Shown here: positions 23,331-37,221 of the stretch, piece after piece
Layout: the number at the start of each line of letters is the position of its first letter
How positions within the stretch are numbered: the stretch's first letter is position 1
Assembly (NCBI GenBank): GCA_043228905.1
Contig: JBHGNT010000017.1
Location: 7,564,001 to 7,628,000, forward strand
DNA: 64,000 nucleotides
Direction: 5' to 3'
Source of the DNA: Azolla caroliniana
Taxonomy: Eukaryota > Plantae > Polypodiophyta
Program-made: the position numbers and the translations under genes
Notes under the pieces: model-generated
What the model was told of the DNA's origin: nothing
The model's database searches: none
What the model saw: only the letters and a program-made list of their open reading frames with translations

Positions 23331-26300
23331 ACGCAGCCGTGTTATCTCGGAGAGCTTTCGGTTCGACCCATTTCGTGGAGTAATTGGTCGCCACGAGGTA
23401 CCCATGCGTGTTGTGGGGGATTTAAAGGGACCCACGAAATCCAATCCCCACTTTTGGAAAGGTTTCAAGGGAAGGATGGGTTGGTGTGGCACGCGGTCGC
23501 GTTTGCTTGGTTGTCCCATCCGTTGGCAAAGGTCACATTGTTTGCAAAAATTATGGGTGTCTTTTTCGTAGTCGGCCACCATAACCCGCTCTGCCAGATT
23601 TTTCATGTTGTGGTGTCTCCTGCGTAATGGCCGCCCGCAATTCCTTGATGCGCATCGCGAAGCACAACATCCTTCTCGAATTGTCGGACTGCGCGTCTCT
23701 AGATGTCGTCCGAGTCTTTGTGATACAGAGTATTCGAAAGTAAACAGAAGTTTCGGTTTTGGACTGCTAGCTGTTTTTTTAGCATCAAGCGTGAGATGGT
23801 CTGGTGGAAGGCCAGTACTCAAGAAATGTGTCATGTCGATGATCCAAGAGTCTTCAGGATCGGTAGACTTTATGTCGATGGAGAAGAGGGATGTGTCCGG
23901 TAAGTTATCGTATTCCTGTTCCACAGGTTCCCTAGATTCTAATCGGCTACCGCATGTGGGACCCCTAGTCAGTGTTGGATATTGAAATCGAACTCTTGAA
24001 GGAGTAGCATCCACCATGCTAAGCGACCAGTTAGGGCTTGTTTATGAACAAGATACAACATTGCCGAATTATCCACGTGGAAAGTGAATTTTCGGTCGAG
24101 GAGATAGTGCTGGAATTTAGTGATACTATAGATCATGTCGAGCGCTTCATGTTCCGTGGTGGAGTAATTCCTTTCTGCTATCGAGAGACGTCAGCTAGCA
24201 TAGTAAATGCGGTGATACCAATTTGGGGGAGTTTTCTGCATTAAAGCGTTGCCAATGGCGATGTCAGATGCATCTACGAATATGTGAAAGGGTTGTGCCC
24301 AATCCGGAGGTTGCACCACTGGAGCTTGGGAAAGCATGACTTTGAGTGATTGATAGGCTTTTTCTTCTCGTTCCATCCACCAAAAGGGAACTGCGTGGAC
24401 CGCTTCGTGTAAGGGGGTCACAAAATCAGCGAGGTATCGGAGCATATGGCAATGCCATCCTATTTGACCTAAAAATATGTTGAGTGCTTTGGCCATGGCT
24501 GGGGCCAGGGCATTCAAGATGGCTTGGACTTTGTCAGGATCCATGGCAATGCCATCCTGACTGACAATGTGGCCAAGTAAAGCACCACTTGTAACATGGA
24601 AAGCGCATTTTTCCATATTTAGGTTGAGTCGTGCCTGCAGACATCTTTCAAGGCACAATCGTAAATGCGCAAGGTGCTCCAATTGCTACCCATACACTAC
24701 GAAATCATCAAGGAAGACTTCCATGAAGGCTGGAATGAAGTCCTCAAAGATTTCGGAGATTATTCGTTGAAACGTGGCAGGTGCTGTTTTTAATCCAAAC
24801 ATCATGACTACGGCTACAAACACACCCCATTCCGTTATGAATGTTGTCTTTTCTTGATCGTCAAGGTGCATATGGATCTTATTGTAATCACTGAAGCCAT
24901 CTAAAAAACTATAGCAGTCATGGTCGGCAACCGTATTGAGGACGTTGTCAATGAACGGGAGTGGAAACGCATCTGTAATTGTGGCTGCGTTGAGCTTTCG
25001 GTAATCCACGCTTACCCGGATTTGTTCATTCTTTTTTGGTACGACAACAATGGGACTTAACCATGTGGCTCTTTTGACGGCCGGATGAACCTGACACTGA
25101 GAAGTTTATCTATCTCTTCTTTCACTTTGGCCGCGTAGTTGGGATTCATTTGGTAATGGCATTGCTGGATTGGTCGTGCATCCTTTTGGAGGTGAATCTA
25201 ATGTTGGTGGTATTGAGGGTCGAAGCCCTTCGTATCACTATACGCCCATGTGAACACTTCCTAATATTCCGTGAGCAATCCAAGTAGGGCTGATCGGTCA
25301 TTGATTGCTAGATCCTTGCCAATTTTTACTGGTCGTGGCTTGGAATGGGATCCGAGATTAATCTCTTCCAAGCTGGAGGCCTTTACTCTCTGTGAGATTG
25401 CTAATTCGTGGTCAAGTGCATCACGGGCCTGTTGTAGTTCTTTTATTGAATCCTGGTCAGGCTCGTGGGGAGCTTCGTGGTTTATTGTGTTGGCTAAGTA
25501 TGGTTCTATGGCCGAAAGAACATCGATTTCGAAGAGCGGGACGATCGCGGGATGCTCGTCTTGAAAAGTGTTCATTTCGTCATCTGCCAGTCCATCTAAC
25601 ATGTGGACTCCCTTCCCATATAGCGGGCTTTTGATAGAAGGAGTTGAAGTACATGCTTCCGTAATGATCCGGACTTTGGCTTTTCCTCTCCGAAATGAAA
25701 TCATATTGTGCAGCCAATGTTGCTTGATGTTGGCCGTTCGCAGCCACGGTCTTCCCAGCAGGAATGGGTAAACGCCTGGCGCATCGAGGCGTAAGACAAC
25801 TGCAGACACGGTGAAGGTATGTCCTCCCAGAATAAATTCCATGTTGCGTAGGAGCCGTATCGGCCGCACCGATCTCATATCTGTCATTCGTAACCAAAAT
25901 GGACACGGCTCCCATTGAGTGATGTCGATCTTGTTGCATGTGGCTTTGCTAATGACATTTACACCTGACCCGCCATCGATAATGCATTCAGGAATTTCAT
26001 GACTGCAGATGATGAGTTATACTACCGGATTTTGGGAATCCATAAGGGGAGGCCCTAGTGCCGGGGCTGTGAGATTGATGGAGGGGAGAGTCGGATCCAG
26101 ACCGTTTGTAAGGGAATGAACCGTCCCCTTGAAGTGTGGCAGCAAGTGTAGCAATTTGTGCAACGGCATGGATATCTGGGAATCAGCGAGCGCCTGCCAA
26201 ACTAGGTCGGGATTAGTGTGATCCGAAGTGCTTAAACTAGGTAGATTTGGGTTTGTGGTTTGTGGTTGCCCGGGGTTTCGTTTCTTTGTTTCTTCTATTT

Positions 26301-26881
26301 CGGCTTTCATCCGGTCGATGTTGGCGTTATTGGCTGCGTCGACCCAGCCCTTAGCGTGTTGTCGAACTGAGTCCTGGATATCCCACTAGGATTATTGGGT
26401 CCTATTGCATGTAGTCACCTATTGCACGTCAACCGTAATCATATTTACGACCGGTGCTTTTCCTCTAGTGTTGGTGGGGCACTGGATGGCATAGTGGCCG
26501 GGTTGGTTACAATTGAAGCATGTGATGGTTGTCAAGGTACTGGGCTCACCGTGCTCGAATTGGGATTGTGCTAGGTTGTGTGGTTGGTCTTCCCGCCCCT
26601 ACTGGGGATATGCCTGTGGAGGGTTGCCCCGAGACTCAATTTGTGGGGTCGCCAATTATCCATGTGTTGATTATCGCGATGACGGTTGTCAAAGTGACGT
26701 CGGTTCCCTGAAGCTTGCAAACCATGATTATTCCATCGATCGTACCATGAATGCCGAGGTGCATCGTAGTCGTTGTAGCCATAATTCTTGCGGCAATGGT
26801 GGTGGTCCTGATGACAGTGCTAACGATCATTCATGTGGTGTGATTGATTGGGGTAGCAAGGGGGCTTTGACCGATATAGTG

Positions 26882-26921
26882 GAGACTGTCGGTTAGTCAA
26901 GGTATAGTGGAAGATGACATG
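26882..26921 (+). other. 40-bp filler DNA identical to kinase exon 2 (42957-42996)
   Basis: GAGACTGTCGGTTAGTCAAGGTATAGTGGAAGATGACATG is present at both positions. Confidence 0.9.
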
Positions 26922-27719
26922 CCCCGCCTTCGTCATTTTTGTTGAGAAGTATGTTCGCAATTGTGATATATGTTGTCGATCAAAGAGTCCTCGATACCGA
27001 CCCTATGGCTTACTACAACCACTTCCCATTCTGGAAAATCCTTAGAACTCTATATCCTTGGATTTCATTACTGATCTCCCAGTTTCAAAAGGTTTTGATG
27101 CAATTCTCACCGTGGTGGATCGACTTACCAAAATGGCACACTTCTTGCCATGTATAAAGTCTATTACTAGTCAAGAGGTGGTCGATCTCGTTATGCTGGA
27201 GGTATTAAGGCATCATGGTCTGCCAGATGATGTTATTAGTGATCGTGGTCCACAATTCATCTCAAAGTTTTGGAAGCACATGTTCAAACTTCTCCACATT
27301 TCGGTTAAGCTTTCTTCGAGCTATCATCCTGAGACTAATGGCCAAATCGAGCGTATCAACCAGACTTTGGCGCAATATCTTCGTTGTTTCATCAACTATC
27401 AACAAGAAGATTGGGTTGATTTTTTGCACTTGGCTGAATTCTCTTACAACAACTCAACCCATTCTTCTACAGGATATTCCCCATTTTTCACAATCCTTGG
27501 TGGACGATGAATGCGCATCCACGCGTTCCTACCAACCCTGCTGCTAAGGATTTTCTTAGTCGCCTCCAAGAAATTCACACTACCATTCTCCACAATTTGC
27601 ATGATGCTCAAGTTACGCACAAGAGGCTTGCGGATCATCATCGCCTAGACTCCTCAAAAAAGTTCCACGTTAGGGATCATGTATGGCTTCTCGAACACAA
27701 CATCAAGACCACTCGGCCT

Positions 27720-28208
27720 TGTTATCCATAGGCCAAAAATAGAAATTAGTTAAATATAATACGCCGGAAGTAAGGCGAGTAGGTAAGGGAGAATTAGGTA
27801 AAACGCTGAGTTTCGAGCCTCACAGTCAACCGACCGCTCGGCTTTGTATGAAGGAAAAGAAGTATATAAACCAAGGTCTGCGTACCTCGGCAAGGGGGAG
27901 ATATCCAGAGCCTAGGGAGGTTGGTTCATAGTTATAAGAGCTTTGTAAGGCTACCGGTTGTGGGCCGTGTTCTTTTGTAATCATCGCTAACTATTGCAAT
28001 AATACATATCTATAGCTCTTGTTGTTTTCATCTATGTGTCGTCGCTTTTAAGGTCTCAACTATGTATACGATCCAGGCTCTATTCCGGGTATGCTCTCCG
28101 TGTTCTCCCCCTAACGACACCTTCGTGCACCAGTCTTCACGATTACACTTCCCTTGATACTGATAGCTTGTAGGCATATCGAAGGTGTTTCCGGTAGAAC
28201 GGTTAACA
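27720..28208 (+). repeat. 5' LTR of element A
   Basis: Direct repeat of 37337-37825; TG..CA termini; TATATAAA near 27863. Confidence 0.95.
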
Positions 28209-28213
28209 CAATT

Positions 28214-28226
28214 TGGCATGCCCGGT
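28214..28226 (+). promoter_or_regulatory. PBS, most similar to the tRNA-Arg(UCU) 3' end
   Basis: TGGCATGCCCGGT versus TGGCACGCCC(A/G)GTGGGAC expected for plant tRNA-Arg(UCU), as recalled, not looked up. Confidence 0.65.
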
Positions 28227-31200
28227 TACAGTTGTGAGATCACAGCAAACTACGTTGAAGACAACCTTCAGCCGCCATTACGGCGCCCAATCGCATCAAG
28301 CGGTCTCGGCCATCTGGCCAACGCCCTGAGCCAGTTGAAGGCACTTCCGACTCGGCGGTCACGGACCAGTCCTTCCCAGAAACATCGGAGGCTCACCGGT
28401 TGCAATCCTCGCCACCTGCTACTCGATCGCGAGTCGAGTCCACACCAACCTCCCCACCAAGCCCTCCAGAGGTCACCCACCCTGACCCTAACCCTTTTCC
28501 GGCTTTACCGGAAGACTCCAAATTCGATACCATGTCGTATCCTTACCCACGATACACCGACAGCCCCAATGCGGAGTCGCACGTCCGTGCGTTCGTGTCC
28601 ACCTGGCAAGCCAACCACTCAACCTAACGCCTCTCGCTTGCCGAAATCGAGGCCTCAAAAATTGCTGAGTTTACGCTATCCCTCGATGGACCAGTTGCGC
28701 AATGGTATTCTGGCCTCGACACAGGGGAGTTTGGCACTTTCCACACGACATTCGCACACAATTCCTAGAACTGTTCCATCGCGAGGTGCCCAAACGAGAA
28801 TTGCTCCGGCAGTTCTTCTCCATGTGACAAGAACCGCACGAGACAGTCGCACAATTCACGATCCGGTTCCCGGATCTCTACAGACAAGTGGCCGACGATG
28901 TCTCTACACAACACATTTTGGACGCATTCCTGTCCAGCCTACAGGAGCCTCTACGAACGACTCTTGCACTTACTAATTTTGACAACCAAACGATCGAGCA
29001 AGTCATAGCGCGCGTCCTCGCCCTCGATCGGACTCAGCAAAGCACGGCTTTCACTATGAGTTCACTGCAAAGCGTCGTTCCCCAGGAGGACAATCACTTC
29101 TGCCACGCCCTCCAATGCACAGTTTGTTCGGGATCGGGCCATCTGGCCCTCGAATGTCCTCACCGACCATAGTGTCTGATCTGCCAGTCCCGATCCCACA
29201 CTGTCGAACACTGCGAATACAATATGCTCAACCGCACAACGAAGGCTCTGGTTCACCAGATCAAGCCTCGGGATACATACTCTCGTCAGGACGAGCGCCA
29301 ATCCTACTAGAACCAGGATAACCAATGACCGCAATCGCCGGATAGACGGCGTCGTAACGACGATTACCGTCGGGACGACAACCGATGGAGATCGGACGAC
29401 CGCTGTGATCGCTATCACAATGACTAGTATCGGGCAAACGACGATTATGATCGGGATGAAGAGGATCGAGATGACCATTACGATCAAAGAAATTTCCGTA
29501 ATGATCGACGCAATTGTCACTGAGGATCACGCAATAACCGAAGGAATAACGACAATCGTCGTCGGGACCCACCGCACAATGAACCGCGCAGCTCGAACGC
29601 ACCCTGGACCAACCCACAAACATACGAGGCCGGGAATCAACCACACCCCACGGATCGGGTTGGCACCAGCAACTCGGCCGACGTTACCTGCTTCAAGTGC
29701 AACCAACCTGGTCACTACGCTACGCAATTCCCAACAACAGACCGCGGAAAGGCTCCTGTCGTGAATAGTATTATGGCTGACGTACAAAACGTCACAACAC
29801 GCAGCAAAGCCCAGGCTACCCCATGGCAAGTTTAGAACGAAGTCCGGCAAGCAACCAAAGAATGGATGGATATGGCTAACAAAAACAATGTGGTGTAGAT
29901 GCACACGGAAATGGGAGACGCGACCATCGGAGCAACACAGTCCTCGGCTCCATCCACGGCGGCAGAAGATGACCAGTTGTGGGACGCCCTTACTAGTTCC
30001 AGGATCTGCTTACCTCTGCATAAACTCTTACCACTCATGCTGCGTTTTCGGGACACCTTGGCTTCACTCACAGCCAACAACCAATCCACCGCACCACTTG
30101 TGCACCTAACCGAGCCAGGAACGGGTCCACCTCTCATGGATGCGCAGAATCCAGCCATAAAAATTATGATTAAAGGGAAGGACTTGCACGAGTGCATAAT
30201 CGACGGCGGCTCTAGCGTGAATGTCATTAGCGAGGCTACCTGTCGTAAACTCGGCCTGAATCAATGGGAACCTTGCCCCTTTTGGCTTCGGATGGCTGAC
30301 ACACGATCGGTTCGCCCCATCGGATTAATCTGCCACCTCGACTTTACTCTAGGAGGCCACATGTTCACTATCTCGGTCGTTGTCTTATGACTTGAAGCAC
30401 AGGGGGCTTACCCAATGTTACTGGGCAGACCATGGTTGCGCACAGCCAATATCAAACAACATTGGCAGTGCAACATGATCTTGTTTCGCCGAGGAAAGAG
30501 CAAGGTCCGGATCATAACCGAAGAACGCATAACCACGCCCCACAACACCTCGTCGTTATACGCAGAAGGGGTGCACATGCTCGATGGATTAGCCGATGAC
30601 GAGGTGGACGATTTCCTAGAAGACCATCCCACTATCATACCTCTCTTCGAAATCGACGCCATGTCGGTCGTCGGCACACCTCTAGACGAGGAGGTCATGG
30701 TGAATACACCTCCCTAGGATGAGCCTGATCCCACCACCATTGCCGAATTACGACACACTCGGGACACTTTTGAACGTGAACTCACCATCTCCCAACGCGT
30801 GAAGGCATCAACGCTCGAAACACTGAACCTCGGTTCGAACGAGACCCCTCGGACCCTACAGATTGCTAATAACTTACCAACCGGCGAACGAGCAGCCCTC
30901 ATCCACTTACTCACCGATTACTAGGATGTATTCTCATGGTCTTACACGGATGTGAAGGGTTTGGACCCACAATACTACCAACACTAGATCCACCTTCTCC
31001 CAGACACTCGGCCGGTTCAACAAAGACGATACCGGATGAACCCCAATTATGCGGCTAAGGTCAAGGAAGAAATAGACAAGCTCCTCCGAGTCGGGTTCAT
31101 ATGACCGGTAAAACGCGCCACATGGTTAAGCCCAATCATAGTCATCCCCAAGAAAAACGGGAAAATCCGAGTCTGTGTGGACTACTACAAGCTTAATGCT

Positions 31201-33669
31201 GCAACGGTCACGGATGGATTCCCTCACCCGTTCACGGATAGTGTTCTCGACACGGTGGCAAGTCACAAATGTTGCAGCTTTCTAGACGGGTTTAGTGGGT
31301 ACAACCAAATCAGAATGCACCTGGATGATCAAGAGAAAACAGCATTTGTCACGGAATGGGGTGTTTTCGTGGCAAAAGTCATGATGTTCAGTTTAAAAAC
31401 AACGTCGGCCACGTTCCAGCACATCATCACTGAAATTTTTAACAAGTATATCCCAGTGTTCATGCAAGTCTTTCTTGACGACTTCGTCGTATATGGACAG
31501 CGATTGGAACACATGACCCAGTTACGCCTCTATCTTGATCGATGTCGCCAAGCTCGGTTAAGTTAAAACCCGGCAAAGTGTGCGTTCTTGGTCACAAGCG
31601 GCAACCTACTCGGACACATCGTCATCGCCATGGACTTGGATAAAGTACAAGCCATCCTAAAAGCCCCGGCGCCCTCGAACGCAAAAGGCCTCAACCAATT
31701 TCTGGGACAAATTAGATGGCACAACTGGATGATACGCCACCTAGCCGATTTCACGACAACACTACACGCGGCGGTGCATCGACTCCCCTTTCAATGGACT
31801 TCAATCGAGGACGAGGCTTACCAAGGATTGAAATTAATGCTCTCGCATGCCCCAGTTGTACAACCACCGAGATGGTCGGAACCTTTTCACGTCTTCGTGG
31901 ACGCATCAGATATTGCCATCGGGAGCGCACTTATGCAATGCACGCCCCCAAATTGGTATTTGCCAGTGTATTATGCTAGCTGACGTCTCTCGGCCGCAGA
32001 AAAGAACTATTCAACCACCGAACGGGAGGCCCTCGGTATGATCTACAGCATCAGTAAATTTCGGCATTACCTCTTAGGCCAAAAATTCACCTTTCATGTC
32101 GATCACTCGGCCCTCCTCTACCTGGTTAATAAACAAGCCCTGACAAGTCGATTGGCTCGATGGATGCTCTTATTACAAGAGTTTGATTTTCATATACAAC
32201 ATCGACCCGGAGTTCAACACACCGTCGCCGATTACCTAAGCCGCCTCGAGTCCGGAGACCCTACCGAGCCCACATATGACGATCTACCCGATGCCGGCTT
32301 ATTTCATCTCGCAACGCTAACCGACGACAAAGAAGATGAATGGATCACGGAGATGACCCATTTCCTTAGTACTAGCTTGCCTCCCGACCACATGGCCCTC
32401 GATGTACGGAAAGGACTCGCAGTACGTAGCCGCAACTTTTGTCTAGTTTCCGACATCCTCTATCACAAAGGCTCGGACGGAATATGGCATCGGGCCATTC
32501 GACAATTCAAGAAGAAGGCCATCCTCCAAGAGGCCCACCTCGGAATCGCCGGCAGACACTACGCCGGAGAGTCCACGGCACGGAAAGTATGGCAGAGTGG
32601 GTTATGGTGGCCTACAACGAAAAAGGATGCCCACAAGTTCTGCCGACAGTGCGACTTGTGCCAACGGTTGGGATAGCCGATGGAACAAGCTCGAATGCCA
32701 CACCAACCCATTCTTCCATTGGAACCATTTCAAAAATGGGGGTTAGATTTTGTGGGACCCTTCAAACCAGCCGCGCCCCAAACCGGTAATAAGTATATCA
32801 TCGTCGCCACGGACTACTGCACAAAATGGGTCGAGGCAAAGGCTTTATGAGACAACACGGCAACGTCCACGGCCAAATTCGTGTACGAACATCACTGGTG
32901 CCGTTATGGATGTCCAATTGAGCTCGTTAGTGACCAAGGTGGGCACTTTATAAACCATATAATACACGAGCTTACGACTCACTACGCAATGGTACATAAG
33001 AAAAGCACACTATACTACCCGCAAGCAAACGGATTGGCAGAATCGACTAATAAAATTCTCCAAACAATCCTGAAGAAGATCGTCAACGAGAACCGCACCG
33101 ATTGGGATGACAAGCTCCAAAGTGCACTGTGGGCTTACCGCACGACATTCAAAATGAGCATTCAATCCACCCCCTTTCGGATGGCTTTTGGTCTAGAAGT
33201 CGTTATGCCCATCGAGTTCCAAGTCCTGAGTCTCCGAGTGCAAGTTAAAGCACGACTTCCCGAGGCCCAATCCGAACAATTGAGGCTGGAACAACTCCTT
33301 GAACTTGGCGAGGACCGAGTAGCGAGCATGGCCCAACTTGAACAGCGCCAACGCCAACGAAAAGCCTTTGTGGACCGACATCGGAAGGGATTGGAACAAG
33401 AACTGACCATAGGCAAACCGGTCCTCGTTTTCCAGACATGACTCGGTACTATGCCAGGAAAGTTACGATTTCGATGGACCGGCCCCTTCTGGATTATTGA
33501 CGAGTTTAACGGCACGTTCCAGCTTGGCACCCTCGCCGGGGAAATAGTCAAAAGCTGGGTGAATGGATTCTGACTACGACCGTACTAGGGAAATACCCCA
33601 GCCAACCCTTTCGCCGAGTCTCACGGCACGGACACGGCCACGAAGGAGGCCACACGTCCCCCTCGGTAA
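28218..33669 (+). pseudogene. gag-pol of element A (multiple in-frame stops)
   Basis: Gag with CCHC knuckles (CTVCSGSGHLALEC) and an R/D-rich tract; PR IIDGGSS; RT FLDGFSGYNQI..FLDDF; RH FVDASD; INT GHYAG..CRQCDLCQ, YYPQANGLAE, WTGPF. Start approximate. Confidence 0.9.
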
Positions 33670-34198
33670 GGACCCACCAACATTCCAAAGTAGACATTAG
33701 GTAGGATTAGGCATAGTTTTAGCAATTAGTTAGTTCCACCTACATCACCTACCACCTCACCCAAATCACGTCAGGTTAGAGGCACCCATTAGTCACTTTC
33801 ACATTCACTTAAGTATTTAAAGGCACATGCACAACATCCAAGGCGCAACACTAACTCCCTAGGACACGTGGCCATAATATCCTATTATGGCATCCATGCC
33901 CAAGAATCTCCAGGCTCCTCTTCACGTACAAAACCCTAGGCGTTCGCTAAAAAACAATTACCCCAAGCCCACTCCACACATAGACGTTTTTTTGCACACC
34001 CAACATTCATCGCTTCCACGCTCTCAACCTTCCTCTCACTCTCAACACGTTCATCGCTCCCACCGCTCTTGCTCACAAGCCCTCTCTTGCCCTCATAGCC
34101 CCACTGCCGCACTACAACCATCTCCTTCCCTCACTCTGTTTCAGCCTGGTCGAATCCTCCTTCCCCAATCTTCCACACAACAGAACCCCAAGTCCAGT

Positions 34199-37100
34199 AT
34201 GCCTCTTACAGCTTCACAGGAAACCCGCTCCTGGCTTCAGGAACAAGGCTTGGGTGGTTATTTAAAGGTGATTGATGCCCTTGCGCACCCTAATGCCCAA
34301 GCGGTCGCACGACGAATCCACCCGAACACAGTCACCAACAATATGATTTGCGCTGCCTTGGACCTGAAACGAGGAGGTGACCATGAGGTCGAGATTCCCC
34401 CTTCCACGACCCTGAAGGAATACTTTGGTGCGTATTCCATATCTGGTAAAGCCTACCGCACCTACGGTGGATCCAACAAGGCATTCGGGGAACTCGCTCG
34501 CATCTTGATGGAGTACACGTTCGTGCATACCAACCCTACCAGTATGCCACAGAGCAAAGCGGCGATCATCATCAGTGCTTACGAGGGAAACAAAATCAAC
34601 TGGGGAATCATCACAGGCAAAGGAATCCAGGCGGCGCTCAAATCGTTCCAAACCGGTAAGTGTCTGTTGCCTGTGATCAACCACTTCCTTACACTCCTCT
34701 ACCCACCTCCTTCGGTTTCCCCTCGTCGCACCCTAATCTCTCCGCCACCACCACGAAAACAACGCGGGCAGATTTTGGAGATAACTCAGGAAGAATGGGA
34801 AGAATCCTCGTCTTCTTCACCTCCCGTAGGTGTTCGGCACCCCGTTTCCACCTCGGCCCCACCCCCACCAAAAACACAAAGACAACAGGCGGTGACAGCA
34901 ACTCGTGGCGAATGGGATGAGGCCGAGGAGGCCATCCTCGAGGATGTCACCATACGAGGCCACCAAGGACATCAATGACCTCTCCTCAACCGAGCCCACG
35001 GCCCACCAGCCAGCAGCCCTCGGCCATCCGGCAGTAGAAGAGGAAACAGGCCGAGGAGCCAACACCACCGGCCCCGGACGCGCAGGACCAGCCGCCAAAA
35101 AGACACTGTATCATTCGAGAGGCAACCATAGAAACCGAAGGCGACCAACGGCAGAAATCAAAAGAGGCTAGCCCCCCCTCCATGGACATAGTACCAGCGG
35201 AGTCATGGCTCCAAGTCGGAACGATTGAGCATGGCCAAACCACACAGATATCAGAGGAGGAAGTCCTTGGGTACAAAGATCTCCCCGCGGAGGCATACGA
35301 GTTTAGTGTCCTACTTCGATTGGGCACAACTTACGAATTAATGGATTTCCTCGCGCACGCTCAAGTAGCTGCCGCCTCTCGTATGGCCGAGGAGCACGCC
35401 GAAACAAAGATGATCCAACGCGCGCTAATGGGTGAAATTGAACCTCACGAGGATCGAGCCTTACAAAAGATAGGACAGAAGAAGCAAGTCCAAAATGCTT
35501 CGCTTCTCATGGAACTACCGGATCTGAACATGGCCTTAGTCAAGGCATATCGCAATCTACACCACACTACTCGAGCAGCCAAGGACATGGCCCAACGTAT
35601 CAAAACAGCGCATCAGCAAGCCAAACGGGCTACCGACCTATGGCAAGCTGCCAAGGAGAAACTGGCGACACTCACGCAACCCTTAATCCTCCCTGTGCCG
35701 AGTGAAGTTGTCTCACCAGCCACTCTTCCGAACCCGAGCCCGAGTGTTGAAGGTACCGTAGAACACAAAGATGACATCGCCCACCCCACGGTAGCCACGA
35801 CCGAGGCCAGCACAATGACAGACTCGGTACATGCAAGTGAGCTATCATCACGGGCAGATATCAGCCCACAGCCCCAAACCAGCCACGCCTCGACACAAAC
35901 GCCACCACCTCTGGAAGTCATGGAACGAGTGACACAGACAAACAAGGAGTCCTCGACACAACTCCAGCAAGCGGCAACCCAGACAGGGCCTCCCCTTAGG
36001 GACTACCAGGAGGAGCTTCAAGCCCAGATCGCGTTGGCCAAAATGGCCGAACAGAATCACAACAACATTCTTGGCCAACAACGAGAACAAGCCGCGAGCC
36101 GCGAAGCGAACCTCAAGCACTTGCTTGTTGAAAGGTCGGCCGCACTTGAAGCACGAGAACGAGAGGTGATGACCCTCCAAGTCTCGATCATTGAGGCTAA
36201 GGAATGGTTCATCAAAGAAACCAAGCGGAATAGCCAACGGGAACAAGAGCTCTTCGCCGACAACCAGGAATTACGCCGTCATCAACGAGCCTTCCAGGAC
36301 ATGGCCAATGAACATATGCAGAAGTGGAGGATCTCGGAGGAGCAACAAGCGAAAATTTCCAATGCATATCACCAATTGCAATCTGAGCACATCGTCGTCA
36401 AAGAACAACACTGGGACGCCTGGCGACTAGAAAGGGACAAAACTGTAGCACAACTAACCAACCGTTATGAGCAGACCATCGCGCTCATCACGGAAAAAGC
36501 AAAAGATAATCAAGCTACGTTAGCACTCTTCGCCCGCAAAAGCCAAGCAGAAGCCAAGGCCACAAGGGAGGCATTGGAAGTTCACCGCGCAACCATCAGC
36601 ATGGACGATACCAAAATCAAAACCCTAATCCAGAAGTATCGCCAACAATTCACCACGAAGATCAAAGAAACGCTTGACCATGTTTGGTAGGAGTGGTCAG
36701 CCCAAGCCGCGGACCTACACATACTACGCGCAGATGCCGAGAACCGACGGAAGGAGGGCCGAGGGTTTTACAAGATGGATAACACCAGCATCCAGACCCT
36801 CTGTGAGGACTTAACGGAAGAATATCATAGCTTGGCAACATCCCACACCGCGGCCATCGAGCAACTCTTGGAGGAATTCAACGACGATCTAATGGTGTTT
36901 CGTTTAGAAGCCAAAGCGTACGAGGAAGAACGACTCACTACCGGGAGTCACAGAGCTCCCACAAACACCGAGCAAGGAACCAAGTCACTCCCCACGGCAG
37001 CTAGACCGGAGGAGTTTGCTCCTACCGACGTCCACATCCCACCAGAGCCACATACTATAACCCCGACCCTACCTGCATCGGTCCCAATAGAGGAGGGCAC

Positions 37101-37221
37101 ACACACCGACACCGCCATCCCCAACTTGGCAACACCAACCCCATCACCAACCCCACCGGCTGAGCAGCCAACCCAACCCCATGCCCCCGAGGATATCCTC
37201 AGCATATTGGAAGAAGAATAA
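34199..37221 (+). pseudogene. Extra sense ORF downstream of pol (about 1000 codons when joined), unknown function
   Basis: ORFs 33887-34978, 35182-36690 and 36775-37221, joined by a frameshift region and in-frame stops. Homologues in elements B and C. Globular N-terminal block, P/T-rich linkers, long coiled-coil-like region. Confidence 0.8.

Larger units (their letters stand above)
16897..26881 (-). mobile_element. Ty3/gypsy element B (relative of element A), truncated within gag: gag end, PR, RT, RH, INT, extra ORF, 3' LTR
   Basis: Zinc knuckle near 26500, protease IIDGGSG near 25970, RT (DYRKLNAATITDAFPLP..FLDDFVVY), RH, INT ([11 protein letters not shown]; YYPQANGLAESTNK). Strong similarity to 27720-37825. 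Confidence 0.9.

Noticed and set aside
28185-28976. 263-aa ORF as a separate gene
   Set aside because: Overlaps gag mostly in an alternative frame of GC-rich sequence; no recognisable motif.
35182-36690. Retroviral env glycoprotein
   Set aside because: No evident signal peptide, TM helix or Cys pattern; composition is coiled-coil or disordered.
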